A stretch of DNA of 64,000 nucleotides, from contig MFPR01000006.1 in NCBI GenBank assembly GCA_001784175.1, positions 124,001 to 188,000 on the forward strand, in the 5' to 3' direction. The notes under the pieces were generated by a model, which saw only the letters and a list, made by a program, of their open reading frames with translations, was not told the origin of the DNA and made no database searches. Of this stretch, positions 54,101 to 57,572 are shown piece after piece. The stretch's first letter is position 1; every line of letters begins with the position of its first letter. A program made the translations under genes and the position numbers. The DNA is from Candidatus Lindowbacteria bacterium RIFCSPLOWO2_12_FULL_62_27 (GTDB taxonomy: Bacteria; Lindowbacteria; 2-12-FULL-62-27).

Positions 54101-57043
54101 CTGATTCGAAATCTCGGCGTGACCGGCGCGTACGACGGCATCCGTTGGAACAACGTCGACAACTCCGTGATCGATGGCGACAGTATGAGTTTCTGCGGCG
54201 AGGCGGGCGTTTCGCTAAGGCAGAATTCCGACAACAACACGGTTACCGGCTGCCAGACGCATTGGAATGCGGGCGACGGTATTGATCTCCGAGAGGCGTC
54301 GAACAATAACACGTTGTCCAGCAACACGTCCCGGTTCAGCAGATATTCCGGGATCAACCTGAACGGCAGCTCGAACAACGTCATCTCCGGCAACACGCTG
54401 ACGTCCAATTTCAGCGACGGCGTGTATCTGTGGCAGAGTTCGAACAACAGGATTGTCGGCAACGTCGCGAATTCCAATGTATACGGGATCTACATCGATT
54501 CCAGCTCCGGCAACATCGCCGCGCAAAATATCGCGAATCTCAATTCCAGCTACGGCATCCGATTGAGCAATGTGAGCGCAAACAACTCGGCCGTTCAGAA
54601 CGACGTCGCGCTCAACACAGCGTATCAGATACTCCTCGACGGCACGTCGATGTCGAACACGGTGCGGAAAAACAACATCCGGCCGTCGACGGCCAACCCG
54701 GACAGCGGTGTTTACAACAGTACGAACAACTCATTTGACATGTCCCGCAACTGGTGGGGCACCACGGATGAGACGAAGATCGACCGGATGATCGCCGATA
54801 CGGCGCCGGCGAAACTGGTCACGGTTCGCCCCTACCGCCTCACCCCCGTCGACACGACTGCCGGCGCCGACACGACCGCGCCGGCCGCGCCGACCGGCGT
54901 CGCGCTCGACACGTCCGAGGCCGGGTACATCACGGTGTCGTGGACGAACCCCACATCGAACGAGGAGACGAACGGCGGGACGCTGGGATTCCAAGGCGTG
55001 AAAATTTACCGCCTGACCAACGCGCCCGACACGACGCACTGGGGCAACGCGCTGGTCTGGACCGCCGGGGAAACGGCCACGTCCTGGCGCGACAGCACCG
55101 TGACAGGGCAGAACACCTACTATTACCGGCTGACCTCGCGCGACGGCGCGGCGTTCGTGAACGAGTCGTTCTTTACGCCCGACACGAAATTCGCGACGCG
55201 CATTCCGCCGCAGCCGTCGCCGGCGGATACGATCATGATCGTAAGCGGCAACCACCAGCTCGGCAATCCGGATTCGGCCCTGTCTTTGCGTGTCCGGGTC
55301 GTCGACACCGGGGGCGCGGGTTCGAGCGGCGCGCGGGTGATCTTTAAGATCACGTACGGCTCCGGCGCGCATCTGGGCGACACCGGCACGGCCACGACGA
55401 CCACGGCATTTGCGGACGCGTCCGGGTATCTCTCGGAGACGCTGGTGTTAGGCTCAGCCGCCGGCGTGTACCGGGTGGAGGCGCGCAACGACAGCGCGAC
55501 GCCGAACCGCGCCGTGGTATTCACCGCCTACGTGGACGGCCGGGACATCGCGGACTCGTCCTGGCGGATGGTGGCGGCGAACAAGGCTCTGATCACGAAC
55601 GATCCGGCCGGGCTGGTGAATCCGGACCTGGGCGCCGGCACGCTGATGTTCGAGTGGCGGGAGGACTTGGGCGTGAACTCCGGCCTGAACGGCGTGACGA
55701 CGAAATTCCACCGGCCGCTTTCGATGGAGCGCGGGCGCGGCTACTGGATGAAACCGGCGACGCCCGGCACGCAGAGGTGGGTGATCGACGAAGGGACGCA
55801 GGGCGTGTCGGGCTTTGACACGGTCCGGGTGTCGCTGAACGCGACCGGCAACGGCTGGAACCAGATCGGCAGCGGGCAGTATTTCTACATCGACTGGCAG
55901 AAATCTGTGAAGATCGACACGGGCATGGCGGGCGACACGTGGGTGGGAACCCTCGACACGATGCTCTCCATCGACTCGGCGCACGCCGCCGGCGTCATCA
56001 GCAAGATTCTGTACTGGTACGACGGCTCGCAGTACCAGTGGGGCCCGAACACGCTGACCAGTTCGGCCGGCGCCATCGTGACCGACACGTCGACGGTGAG
56101 CGCCGTGCAGATGAAGCCGATGGTCGGGTTCTGGGTGAAGGCATTGCAATCGTGCACGATGTATATATTCCCGAACCCGGCGGAGATCGGCGCCGCGGAC
56201 ACGGGGAATTTGAATCAGGCGCCGAAATACGGTCTGTCGGCGAAAGACAATGCGTGGGCGATACAGATCATCGCGAGTGGAGACGGGAAAACCGACGCGC
56301 AGAATTACGTAGGCGTCATGCCGGACGCGCGCGCGGCGGCGCTGGCGGCCGTGTACGAGCCACCGGCAGCGGCGGGCGGGTATGTGGCGGTGGCGGTGAG
56401 AAAGGCGGGAATGAGCAACAAAACAGAAACCCCCCACCCAGCCTCCCCCACAAGGGGGGAGGGGGGAGATGGAGACTGGCTGGCCGCGAGTTTTGCCGAG
56501 CCGGATCCGAAGGGGCGGACGTGGGACGTGATGGTGGCGTCGGACGTGGAGGGCCCGGTGACGCTGTCGTGGGACAACGTGGTGAATTTGCCGCCGAATT
56601 ACGAAGCGTATCTGATCGGCGGCCCGGACGGCCCGGTCAGCCTGCGCCAATCCTCATCTCTGGTTTTACAATCCAAAATCCAAAATCCAAAATCCAAAAT
56701 CCCATTGACTCTGGCCGTCGGCTTGCCCGAATACGTCGCGGCGTTTCTCTCCGCGCCGCTTGCCCCGGACCAGACCTTCGCCTATCCCAACCCGGGGCCG
56801 GACGGCGCGGGGAACATGATGTTCAAGTACAATCTGGGCGCCGCCGGTGATGTGACGATCAAGATATACGACCTGGGCGGCCGGCTGATCCGGGAATTGC
56901 AACAGGCCGGGCAGCCCGGCTCCAACACCGCCACGTGGGACACGACCAACAGGCATGGCCAGAAAATGGCCAGCGGCGTGTACATCTACATCCTCGAAAG
57001 CGGAGGCGCCCGGCTCGTCGACAAGCTCGCGATTGTCCGGTAG
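30146..57043 (+). CDS. Giant exported adhesin-like protein, about 8965 aa (kelch-like propeller, NosD-like beta-helices, FN3, four 330-aa repeats, FG-GAP/ASPIC-UnbV, Ig repeats, FlgD-Ig/T9SS-like C-terminal domain)
   Basis: ATG 30146 precedes a signal peptide ending PASA|APNTW; six GGxLxYPGxGDTIYAF blades; nine W[YH]VND..GDT[IV] beta-helix modules; seven WxD[YF]DxDxD[LIM]D blades at 39290-40330; about 12 WRV/WRA-type Ig repeats at 50270-53780; ends AYPNP..ASGVYIY..KLAIVR. The start codon is inferred. Confidence 0.88.
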   Translation: MNGRTALSPFLRPAVSIFIALSTFLFTLSTDPASAAPNTWDTLAAAPGGVDLGGSLVYPGSGDTIYAFRGNNTTTFWAYSIANNTWETKAAAPAPVYDGGALAYPGSGDTIYAFGGNLTTTFWAYSIANNTWETKAATPATVASGGALVYPGSGDTIYAFRGNSYTNFWAYSITNNTWETKAATPAIINSGGALVYPGSGDTIYAFRGAATTNFWAYSIANNTWETKAAAPANVDGGALVYPGSGDTIYAFQGNITTTFWGYSIKNNTWTTMAAAPSPVYNGGALVYPGLGDTIYAFRGNTTTTFWGYTVPFYSGPNWYVNDASTTGDALTTDVGDTTGDGSSGRPFLTITKALTKAKAGDTIYIDAGTYTETVVINMDSVALIGKDSNATVIDPPGSSATAGLYGIFADTQTGLLIKNLGVTGAYDGIHFYNVDVATLESDSASTCGNAGIYMGDNSDFNTIKRSAANSISGYGIYLYQSSNNNTVIDNTANSNSQHGIYLAASSNNTLNSNTFNSNTNYGIYLNSSADNNTVTNNTVNSNSQYGIRFLSSSNNRVVQNDLRLNTVYQIYIDGTSSSDTIQKNNIQTSGTNPDSGVYNASTMAPVRFDFSRNWWNTTDESRIKKMIYQASNGDSITWSPYRIAQVDTASGADTTAPARPISVTLDTSVGGQIKISWVIPAINEETNGGAVGYDGAAIYRIRNLADTTHWANSANKIKMTGPADTFYVDTDVVAGDTYYYRLTSHDSAPFSNESFFTDTKFITAVAAPPITALFTVVKAPGAGKRGFADFSKAIVFDTTSNPCPTNAETITTGTVAKSCAIPLQPVGDGSWVCTAMVSKGTAYTYYFEYRIPAFEDTGGWKKAGPGGARNQDNNHMKTVTVPSGAGDGYIFYNRFGDADVRGAQGMSAAGSWDTELTTANPDLAQVNANVSDVSSSGNGDTFDMGGNNNYGLSLIQTGDTIVKLSWTFGFGDGFVPSVEGAREFDTTSTYTPYGFRILRARLPTGWNTDTTNPAHLKFEDTVINEVTGDTLWSPSRTSQGISWYSEAINFTDTSLPKNVSVGDSFIYTVLWVDAHGNTNDTFAQNFAGGAAKWVRSGQITVIFKDAKATGAGKRGFADFSKAIVFDTTTNPCPANAETVVGSVVATRHSCAIPMNPVGDGSWICTAAVFGGSNYSYWFEYRIPAHDDTNNWKGVGATGTRNQDQVSMRTITVPSTATGGYILYNYLGDADVTGKQGMNVTGSWDTELTTANPDVASYNGVTDVSSSGNNDTTDMGGNNNYGMTITQTADTTFKLSWRMKITGADDIVPLVEGAREYDTTSTATPYGFRILRARLPSGWSADTTTPTHLKFEDTVVNMVTGDTLYSPSRTTLGIAWYDDLLSFTDTSLPTNVAGGDSFIYTVLWQDAYGNLNDTSQQNFSGGAAKAIRGSGVTVIFKDGKATGAGKRGFADFSKATVFDTTTNPCPVNAETVVGSATPATRHSCAIPMNPVGDGSWICTAAVFGGSNYSYWFEYRIPAYDDTSNWKGVGAAGTRNQDQVSMRTITVPSTATGGYIFYNYLGDADVTGKQGMNVTGSWDTELTTANPDVASYNGMTDVSSSGNNDTTDMGGNNNYAMTATQMVDTTVRLSWRMKITGADDIVPLVEGAREYDTTSTATPYGFRILRARLPSGWSADTTTPTHLKFEDTVVNMVTGDTLYSPSRTTLGIAWYDDLLSFTDTSLPANVSVGDSFVYAMLWVDAYGNKNDTGDQNFTGGAAKWVRSGQITVIFKDAKAAGAGKRGFADFSKALVFDTAANPCPVGAETIAVNGGVGKSCAIPMKPVGDGSWICTATVFQGSDYKYYFEYRIPAFEDTNGWKNSAATGVRNQDIDQVRTVTVPPAATNGYIFYNMLGDADVRGKQGISNAGDWDTELTTANPDVAAYNGTVDVSSSGDNDTTNMGANTNYAMTLVQTADTTVKLSWRLKFTTADEIVPTVEGMREFDTTSIYAPYGFRILRARLPAGWNADTTTPSNLKYEDTVVNMVTGDTLYSPSRTTLGIGWYDTLLSFTDTSMPATPAGDTFVYTVLWVDAYDNKNDTSDQNFVGGSAKWVRSDTAPPYAGPNWYVNDTYTPSDSYTYATGNDGTGGNGSAQKPYRSLAKVTQKVKAGDTIYVDAGTFSETVVIDTDNISLMGADSRITVIDPPGAKTTAGLVGIKVLSRTNVLIKNIGVTDAYDGIWLTDADSAMVTSDSFSGIGNIGIHVKSRFARITDNILYNANSGGYTIQVDSGENTISANTIDSTSYGMLVSTESNTISRNTVTNSLNIGVYLNAAGSYGNLIESNTLTGNGTWGVYLAGPDNRAFGNIVRQNTSGGFYISAAGNIIRFNAINSNIAVGLEIANNTTIVEQNDIIGNDTGVFFNTASPGIVLRKNNIANNNVNNVRNAYSGSQTADHNWFGTADSAAIGAKLADANSDFDPWRLGKVDTAPGADTTAPDKPLNVAIDTGTAAKVVLSWTIPSLNEETNGGSVGFGGVNIWRLTNTADTGHWANSANLVKSTAAADTTWTDTVVVPGNTYYYRLTSKDTASPVNESFFTDVVSGEVQPFFDNGATTVYVCDAGDSKNATAGDTAGALPDILSALKYIKPENGWDTIVVYKTINADSFRLNGSIALETGLTVISAKSHFGSDTGGGGDTYARIHMSSIQTLFAGAKYARVEGMTLFGENNTSGTLKGVTGADSMIIRNNTFYTWPRAIEVTGSVTNVLIESNTISTAGSGTFYPVDLSGGDSLTVRFNKLRNAGADYQIYIGGTNVTLEANTIDSAVSGIKLTGAGAKVARNALKTGTKVGVFAAASMDLFVQNTITGYDTGLQLGAAPVTPISKNNIHGNIANNLDNPSSVSATLTRNWWGTTDENAIAAKLVDSVNSFRPYRFAAVDTAVGADTTAPAKPTGVTLDTSVAGQIKITWVNPALNEETNGGSVGFNGVKVYRLTNTVDTTQWANTANLVKTLNASDTFWKDTAVQDGNTYYYRLTSRDAATFVNESAFTDTVFAVSDTPLLKQIQAGAGLSDAADGNGCAWADFDSDTDLDIFVVNYGAADILYRYNGGDSFTNVAASAGVNGSGDGVGLSWGDYDNDGDIDVYVVNNGGGQDYLYRNEGNSTFTDVATSLGMTESSNGDGASWGDYDNDGDLDIFVSNASGGQDHLFRNNDGKNFTNVATSAGLTDALTSYAVAWADYDRDGDLDLYVTFDGTNQDRLYRNNGQGWFQDVSNTAGMNDTTNSNTAAWGDYDADGDLDLFVPDGSQTKNHMLYRNNGNGTFTNAIAGSGITDTAGGGVVWVDYDNDGDIDLYVSGSFIDGGTLGDALYRNNADGTFTQEAPHRGITVSSTGYGGAWGDYDNDGDMDVYITHQAGTKQDFLFRNRGTGKNWIKVNPLTDKDGDAVESDADTDRLAIGALVEIDLNGGANFDTGFNKYVSMLLSGNGFQQTAAPVHLGVDTAGTVDVRVTFPDGDTAVQTGVAVNQTITIRDPQFYPGPIWHVNDTVTTGDSFTYAAGSDLTGKGNAQRPFKTITRALSFAKAGDTILIDAGTHTETVVISLDTVSLIGVDSGATVINPPGSSGTAGLYGIYATGRRALLIKNLGVTGAYEGIRFDNVDSSTISGDSLCSNGAYGIYLLTGSDANKIENCSVKSNSSGVYLASGSNNNTLTGNTVNSNSDAGIYLDFASNNTVSGNTVNGNSVKGIYITGTANSNKVKNNTVLSSGQHGFYLWTTDRNVISNNVIRSSQLAGLWLRDAETNAIGQNDIDGDTGFLIWGASRGNVIGKNNITGGASNFVKNPAGIAQTLTRNWFGSVDSVTISAKISDTASAWAPWRLALVDTAAGADTTAPKAPDTVAVIGAPSDTSVILEWSAVSALEESNGGATGLSGYRVYRSAVKDTSSWVKVGQTASGVIRWQDTDAGVGVRYYYRVTAFDTAAFENESYFSDSQPSDSVVFTTTVNWYVNDGATAGDSFTYAAGNDATGKGTPAAPLGTITKALQMATTGDTIWVDAGLFDSYAQISPTETAVVVIGVDSLSLIGRDSNATVLDPPGPKTQSGLYGIYASNVTGLLIKNVGVTGAYEGMRLSNVDVSMVTGDSVSSVGNMAVYLLSGSGNNTVSANSLNSNYTGIYLSSSSSNTLSNNSVNSNSSNGIVLLSSSSNTISGNSANSNSTYGLTLAFSTNNTISNNTANSNATGIDIASTSTGNILTGNTANANSTHGVRLSSSSANILTGNAASNNTQSGICVTGSDTGVIRQNDVSGNDTGIWIEGASQNNLISKNNLPSNTTNHVWNKGGLANTITRNWFGSADSVTIKNQISDTASAWTPWRLAIVDTTAGADTTAPKAPDTVAIIGAPSDTSIILEWAAVTANEETAAGGVGLSGYRVYRSGVKDTSSWVKVAQTGSSVTRWQDTDAGIGTRYYYRVTAFDTATPFENESFFSDSQPSDSAVFTATVNWYVNDGATAGDSFTYAAGNDATGKGTPGAPLGTITKALQVATTGDTIWVDAGLYDSFVKVSSTETAGVNIAVDSLTLIGRDSGATVIDPPGASTDSFLYAIYADTQVGLTIKNLGVTGAFHGIYFLNVDQSTLTGDSASVCGGNGIYLLNSDSNTVSKNTVDFNVDGIEIKSSANNTLNNNTARSNSSDGIDLNSSANGNTVSANTVTSNTDDGVSMDLNADSNVVTGNTADSNTDGIDMDFSANNLVTGNTANSNTDYGIVLGSSSNNTVSHNTISSNVKYQIYIEGASSSDTVVKNNIVPSGSNPDSGVYNGSSATANRFTMTRNWWGSADSVTVRKRLAQQSNGDSILYQPYRLGAVDTAVGADTTAPKAPDTAAVVGVPSDTSIILEWSAVSALEEVNGGAVGLSGYRVYRSAVKDTSSWVKVAQTASGVIRWQDTDAGIGTRYYYRVTAFDTAAFENESFFSDSQPFDAAMFGPQINWYVNDGSTAGDSYTYAAGTDTASGKGSASAPFKSLAKVMQFVTAGDTIWLDAGTFGGDTWEMISATETAAVNLDTDNLTLIGKDSGATVIDPAGAKTQVNLYGVYADSQTGLQLKNFGVTGAYQGIRLHNVDLSTVTSDSVSSNGNIGIYLYNGCETNTLSNNLVRSNTSDGVNVAGGLGNTLSGNTLLSNSGYGFVLSSSHGNAISGNASTSNTSTGIFLFSGSKRNTISNNTTNSNSGAGIALSSSPQNTVSGNSIGSNVSYGISLSNTGNDTISGNTVTSNGSSGIYMNNDSNVTVMNNASVSNFFGVELISSSNNIFVANELSANTDYQVYIDGTSGSDTFSKNNILPSSGNPDSGVFNSTNNSADFTRTWWGTADSVTINRMIYDTAPAQLIKFQPWRLGPADTAASADTTAPKAPDTVAVIGAPSDTAITLEWSAVSALEESNGGAVGLSGYRVYRSAVKDTSSWVKVYDAGSGVTRWQDTNVVTGQVYYYRVTAIDTATPFENESFFSDSQPFDSAVYTTIVNWYVNDGSTSGDSYTTQAGYDTYVSAGAGRKVPFRSISKAMQFVTAGDTVFVDAGLFAETVVINVDSISLIGKDSGATVIDPPGSNATAGLYGIFADTQTGLLIKNLGVTGALEGIRFDNVDRSTITGDSLSSNGNYGIYLLGGSDTNTLSNNIANSNSVGSARGIYLDVSSGNTVTNNTANSNASYGIVSTTGGGNTFSGNTTNSNTNYGLSLSGSPRNTVTNNTASSNGQYGMLIEWNSDTNTITGNAVSQNSIYGIFFRVASNNNRVDSNIVTGNTQHGIVLDACTQNTLTGNLVRSNSQHGVVLKSSFNTVLAQNTFDANVRYQVYIHGSSTSDTLIKNNILASGTNPDSGVAVTSTVTGNTFYLARNWWNTTDAGRITKLVTSETYTTATDSVVYSPFRLAQVDTAAGADTTAPAPPTGVTLDTSAAGQVTFTWTIPTINEETNGGSVGFNGLNIFRLVNVADTTNWANSVNLVKQTVSTDTTWTDTNVTAGNTYYYRLTSKDAATFFNESFFMDTRATKPAYAGPVWYVNDTVTTGDSFTYQVGGDGGNGDAGAPFLTITKALSKAKAGDTILIDAGTYTETVVIDTNNVALIGKDSNATVIDPPGSNATAGLYGIYADTQSWLMIKNVGVTGAFDGIHFYNVSFSTIENDSVSSCGDFGIYLRGSSSDNTVKNNLVLSNSSYGIHLDASPLNTVTGNLSSSNTYGIFLNASSNNRLTNNTTNSNTYHGVYLNSSSNNNVLARGVLNNNAQAGVRIESSNTNYVSLCDVSGNDTGVWVLGTSSGNTVSKCNLVNNTAKNLAEQSGIAQDLTRNWWGTTDEVAIGAKFLDSASIQTFRPYRFGAVDTAAGADTTAPGKPLNVTVDTSVSGQITLTWTIPSLNEETNGGAVGFVGVKIYRLKDVVDTSNWANIVNLVRITGSTDTTWIDTTATAGGTYYYRLASFDGAAPVNKSALTDTKSGAWKSGATVRLYEDAGFVDETDTLLTRDVAYIEVRDSDENKNSGAVETVTITVFVGNGALVAYDALVIDTETITLIESAAGSAIFRSAAVHAVDTLFPAVGDGRLSWGVGDSLHIKYADADDPADAVFDTAVALEIASASLTRIYENSAYTDEIDTAFSRDVLYVEVTDTDENRNPQLMDTVVITIFVGDDVAGLVIDTEQIVLTEYYETAGFFRSGAINTVDTDAAALVNNGRLGVGRSDTVHVSYSDANSTDATWDTVLILGPSVALTAPADAVETTAATIRFEWSGTNVDTYTWQMSRSTTFATIVDSGVDTIVTSMLRTITVGQDTYFWRVIGRHATGSTDTSVVRGYILDTGVGQVALSQPTSNHETMAGVVVVSWAALADSVGIDSYAVEASNSAGVLVFTDTIDGAFVSDTIPGLYNDTYAWRVRAVDDLGNQGAFTALRKFVTDTLVDQVTQSQPANNHETTMTLVVVTWNVVADSVGVDSYVVESFSSVSTLIFSDTIDGTLVSDTLTGLYNDTYNWRVRAIDDLGNLGPFSATRAVLVDTGTGQVALSTPADGTQTNVAAVALSWAALLDSAGIDSYVVEASTTTAFTVTVFVDTIDGTNTTDTFNAGGSDTYFWRVRAIDELGNVGANSAVRGFVVDTAAGQVVLSSPADGAQTTNPAVGLVWVALADSIGIDSYVVEVSKTSGFSSTVLADTVDGVATTDTFTAGSSDTYYWRVRAIDQLGNAGAYSITRGFLIDSGVSQVSVSAPADGHETTNALVVVSWTAVQDSSGIDSYVVEASKTSAFGVTVFADTVDGGLTTDTLTGLYNDTYFWRVRAIDYAKNVGPNSTVRGFLVDTSVAQVSLWSPADGYQTASGLVSLQVIAASDSAGIDSYVFEVSKTPAFTTTEFADTVDGSGTTSAFSPATNDTYFWRARAIDDLGQAGANSASRGFLVDTSIGQVALLAPADGHETTAAALSLTWQAVSDSVGIDSYAVEMSKNASFTNLVLTDTLDGVQTSCGVTGLFNDTYYWRVRAIDQLANSGAFSAARGFLMDTIIGQPASALPADAHETTNAAVTVSWTALADSVGIDSYALDVSKSPVFTGSVFADTVDGTVTGRAVTGLYNDTYFWHVMAMDDLGNVGPYSAARGFLVDTAVAKPALTGPANNLTTIDSMPTFTWSAVTDSVGIDSYALEVSSSPAFASVALADTVDGSVTSSTAPALQSTTYYWRVRAIDDLANVSANADSFVLTVDTAAATVTLVSPAAGYQTKAGTVAFAWSGTNADTYTWQLSKSSAFGTIVDSVSDTTETSVTRAIPENDTYFWRVIARSSSGLTWDTSPGRGIMLDTAVSQVSAASPADLMETTATTVVMTWSVIADSVGVDSYVVEASNGSGFTSLVFADTIDASQTADTRSSLAVNPYYWRVRAIDNLGNVGPNSVTRLFTINSPYNGPKWYVNDVRAAGDSFTYEGGADTNYGEGSPQKPFRTIMKALSRVSTGDTIYIDAGLYTETVVIDSNQISLIGAGSDTTAIDPPGDSAVVGLYGIFADAQTGLLIRNLGVTGAYDGIRWNNVDNSVIDGDSMSFCGEAGVSLRQNSDNNTVTGCQTHWNAGDGIDLREASNNNTLSSNTSRFSRYSGINLNGSSNNVISGNTLTSNFSDGVYLWQSSNNRIVGNVANSNVYGIYIDSSSGNIAAQNIANLNSSYGIRLSNVSANNSAVQNDVALNTAYQILLDGTSMSNTVRKNNIRPSTANPDSGVYNSTNNSFDMSRNWWGTTDETKIDRMIADTAPAKLVTVRPYRLTPVDTTAGADTTAPAAPTGVALDTSEAGYITVSWTNPTSNEETNGGTLGFQGVKIYRLTNAPDTTHWGNALVWTAGETATSWRDSTVTGQNTYYYRLTSRDGAAFVNESFFTPDTKFATRIPPQPSPADTIMIVSGNHQLGNPDSALSLRVRVVDTGGAGSSGARVIFKITYGSGAHLGDTGTATTTTAFADASGYLSETLVLGSAAGVYRVEARNDSATPNRAVVFTAYVDGRDIADSSWRMVAANKALITNDPAGLVNPDLGAGTLMFEWREDLGVNSGLNGVTTKFHRPLSMERGRGYWMKPATPGTQRWVIDEGTQGVSGFDTVRVSLNATGNGWNQIGSGQYFYIDWQKSVKIDTGMAGDTWVGTLDTMLSIDSAHAAGVISKILYWYDGSQYQWGPNTLTSSAGAIVTDTSTVSAVQMKPMVGFWVKALQSCTMYIFPNPAEIGAADTGNLNQAPKYGLSAKDNAWAIQIIASGDGKTDAQNYVGVMPDARAAALAAVYEPPAAAGGYVAVAVRKAGMSNKTETPHPASPTRGEGGDGDWLAASFAEPDPKGRTWDVMVASDVEGPVTLSWDNVVNLPPNYEAYLIGGPDGPVSLRQSSSLVLQSKIQNPKSKIPLTLAVGLPEYVAAFLSAPLAPDQTFAYPNPGPDGAGNMMFKYNLGAAGDVTIKIYDLGGRLIRELQQAGQPGSNTATWDTTNRHGQKMASGVYIYILESGGARLVDKLAIVR
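30250..31080 (+). repeat. Six tandem intragenic repeats of about 144 bp (kelch-like blades)
   Basis: Recurrent GTATCCCGGTTCGGGTGACACGATTTATGCTTTC..TTCTGGGCGTATTC blocks. Confidence 0.9.
32460..36420 (+). repeat. Four tandem intragenic repeats of about 1 kb
   Basis: GAGKRGFADFSKA recurs at about 32490, 33470, 34470 and 35470; copies 2 and 3 are nearly identical at a 999-bp offset. Confidence 0.9.
56430..56466. repeat. REP-like C/G palindrome inserted in frame (PHPASPTRGEG)
   Basis: CCCCCCACCCAGCCTCCCCCACAAGGGGGGAGGGGGG; second copy at 58025-58063. Confidence 0.75.
56670..56702. repeat. AATCCAA heptamer tandem repeat in frame (SKIQNPKSKI)
   Basis: Four full units plus a partial one; AT-rich within a GC-rich CDS. 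Confidence 0.85.
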
Positions 57044-57066
57044 GCCGCACTGATTTAACTTCCGCC

Positions 57067-57094
57067 TTGATTCAGCCGCCAAGTGCTATATAAT
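57067..57094 (+). promoter_or_regulatory. sigma70 promoter upstream of ssrA
   Basis: TTGATT-16 bp-TATAAT. Confidence 0.65.
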
Positions 57095-57111
57095 ATATAT
57101 TGTATATATTG

Positions 57112-57127
57112 AGCAAAAAGTGTGCCA
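57112..57127 (-). promoter_or_regulatory. sigma54 (-24/-12) consensus site on the opposite strand
   Basis: Minus strand reads TGGCAC-ACTTT-TTGCT (GG-N10-GC). Confidence 0.6.
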
Positions 57128-57174
57128 GGGAGATATATCCATCGGACTTGGGGTCCCTGTTGCGAATCATGTAT

Positions 57175-57534
57175 GGGGGCGAACTGGTTTCGACGTGCTT
57201 CTTGTGGGTACGGTGGGCGCGCCGGGTCCTGTCGGGACGACCCGTTAAAAACCTTCCGACACACTCCATAAACGCCAACGATAATCTGGCGCTGGCGGCC
57301 TAACTAGGCCCCGGAGCGGGGGAAGGCGGTTTGGGCCTTCAGCGCCTCCCCGCTCCACGGAACTGAAGGTCTCCTGATCCGACAGCCTTCGGTCGGAATC
57401 TTGTACCTTGAAGGCTGGGCCTGGCCGGGGCTGCCTGCGGTCAACCGGTAGGCCGAGACACAATCGCGGGATACGCGCGTAGAACATCGTGTCCGGGATT
57501 CACGGACGGGGGTTCGATTCCCCCCGCCTCCACC
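57175..57534 (+). ncRNA. ssrA: tmRNA, tag peptide (A)ANDNLALAA
   Basis: 5' GGGGGCGAACTGGTTTCGAC; 3' GGGGGTTCGATTCCCCCCGCCTCCACC with G3:U70; tag reading frame at 57274-57303. Confidence 0.96.
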
Positions 57535-57572
57535 TTAATACTTGTTTCGTCGCTCCAAGGAGGGTTTGTGGT

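Noticed and set aside
3707-56650. Many long minus-strand and alternate-frame ORFs (e.g. 14114-17104, 18323-21253, 38111-40294)
   Set aside because: Shadow ORFs expected from high-GC codon bias opposite real genes; no recognisable motifs.
57100-57572. Short ORFs over the ssrA region and the amidase start at 57489
   Set aside because: Explained by tmRNA; only the tag frame at 57274-57303 is meaningful.
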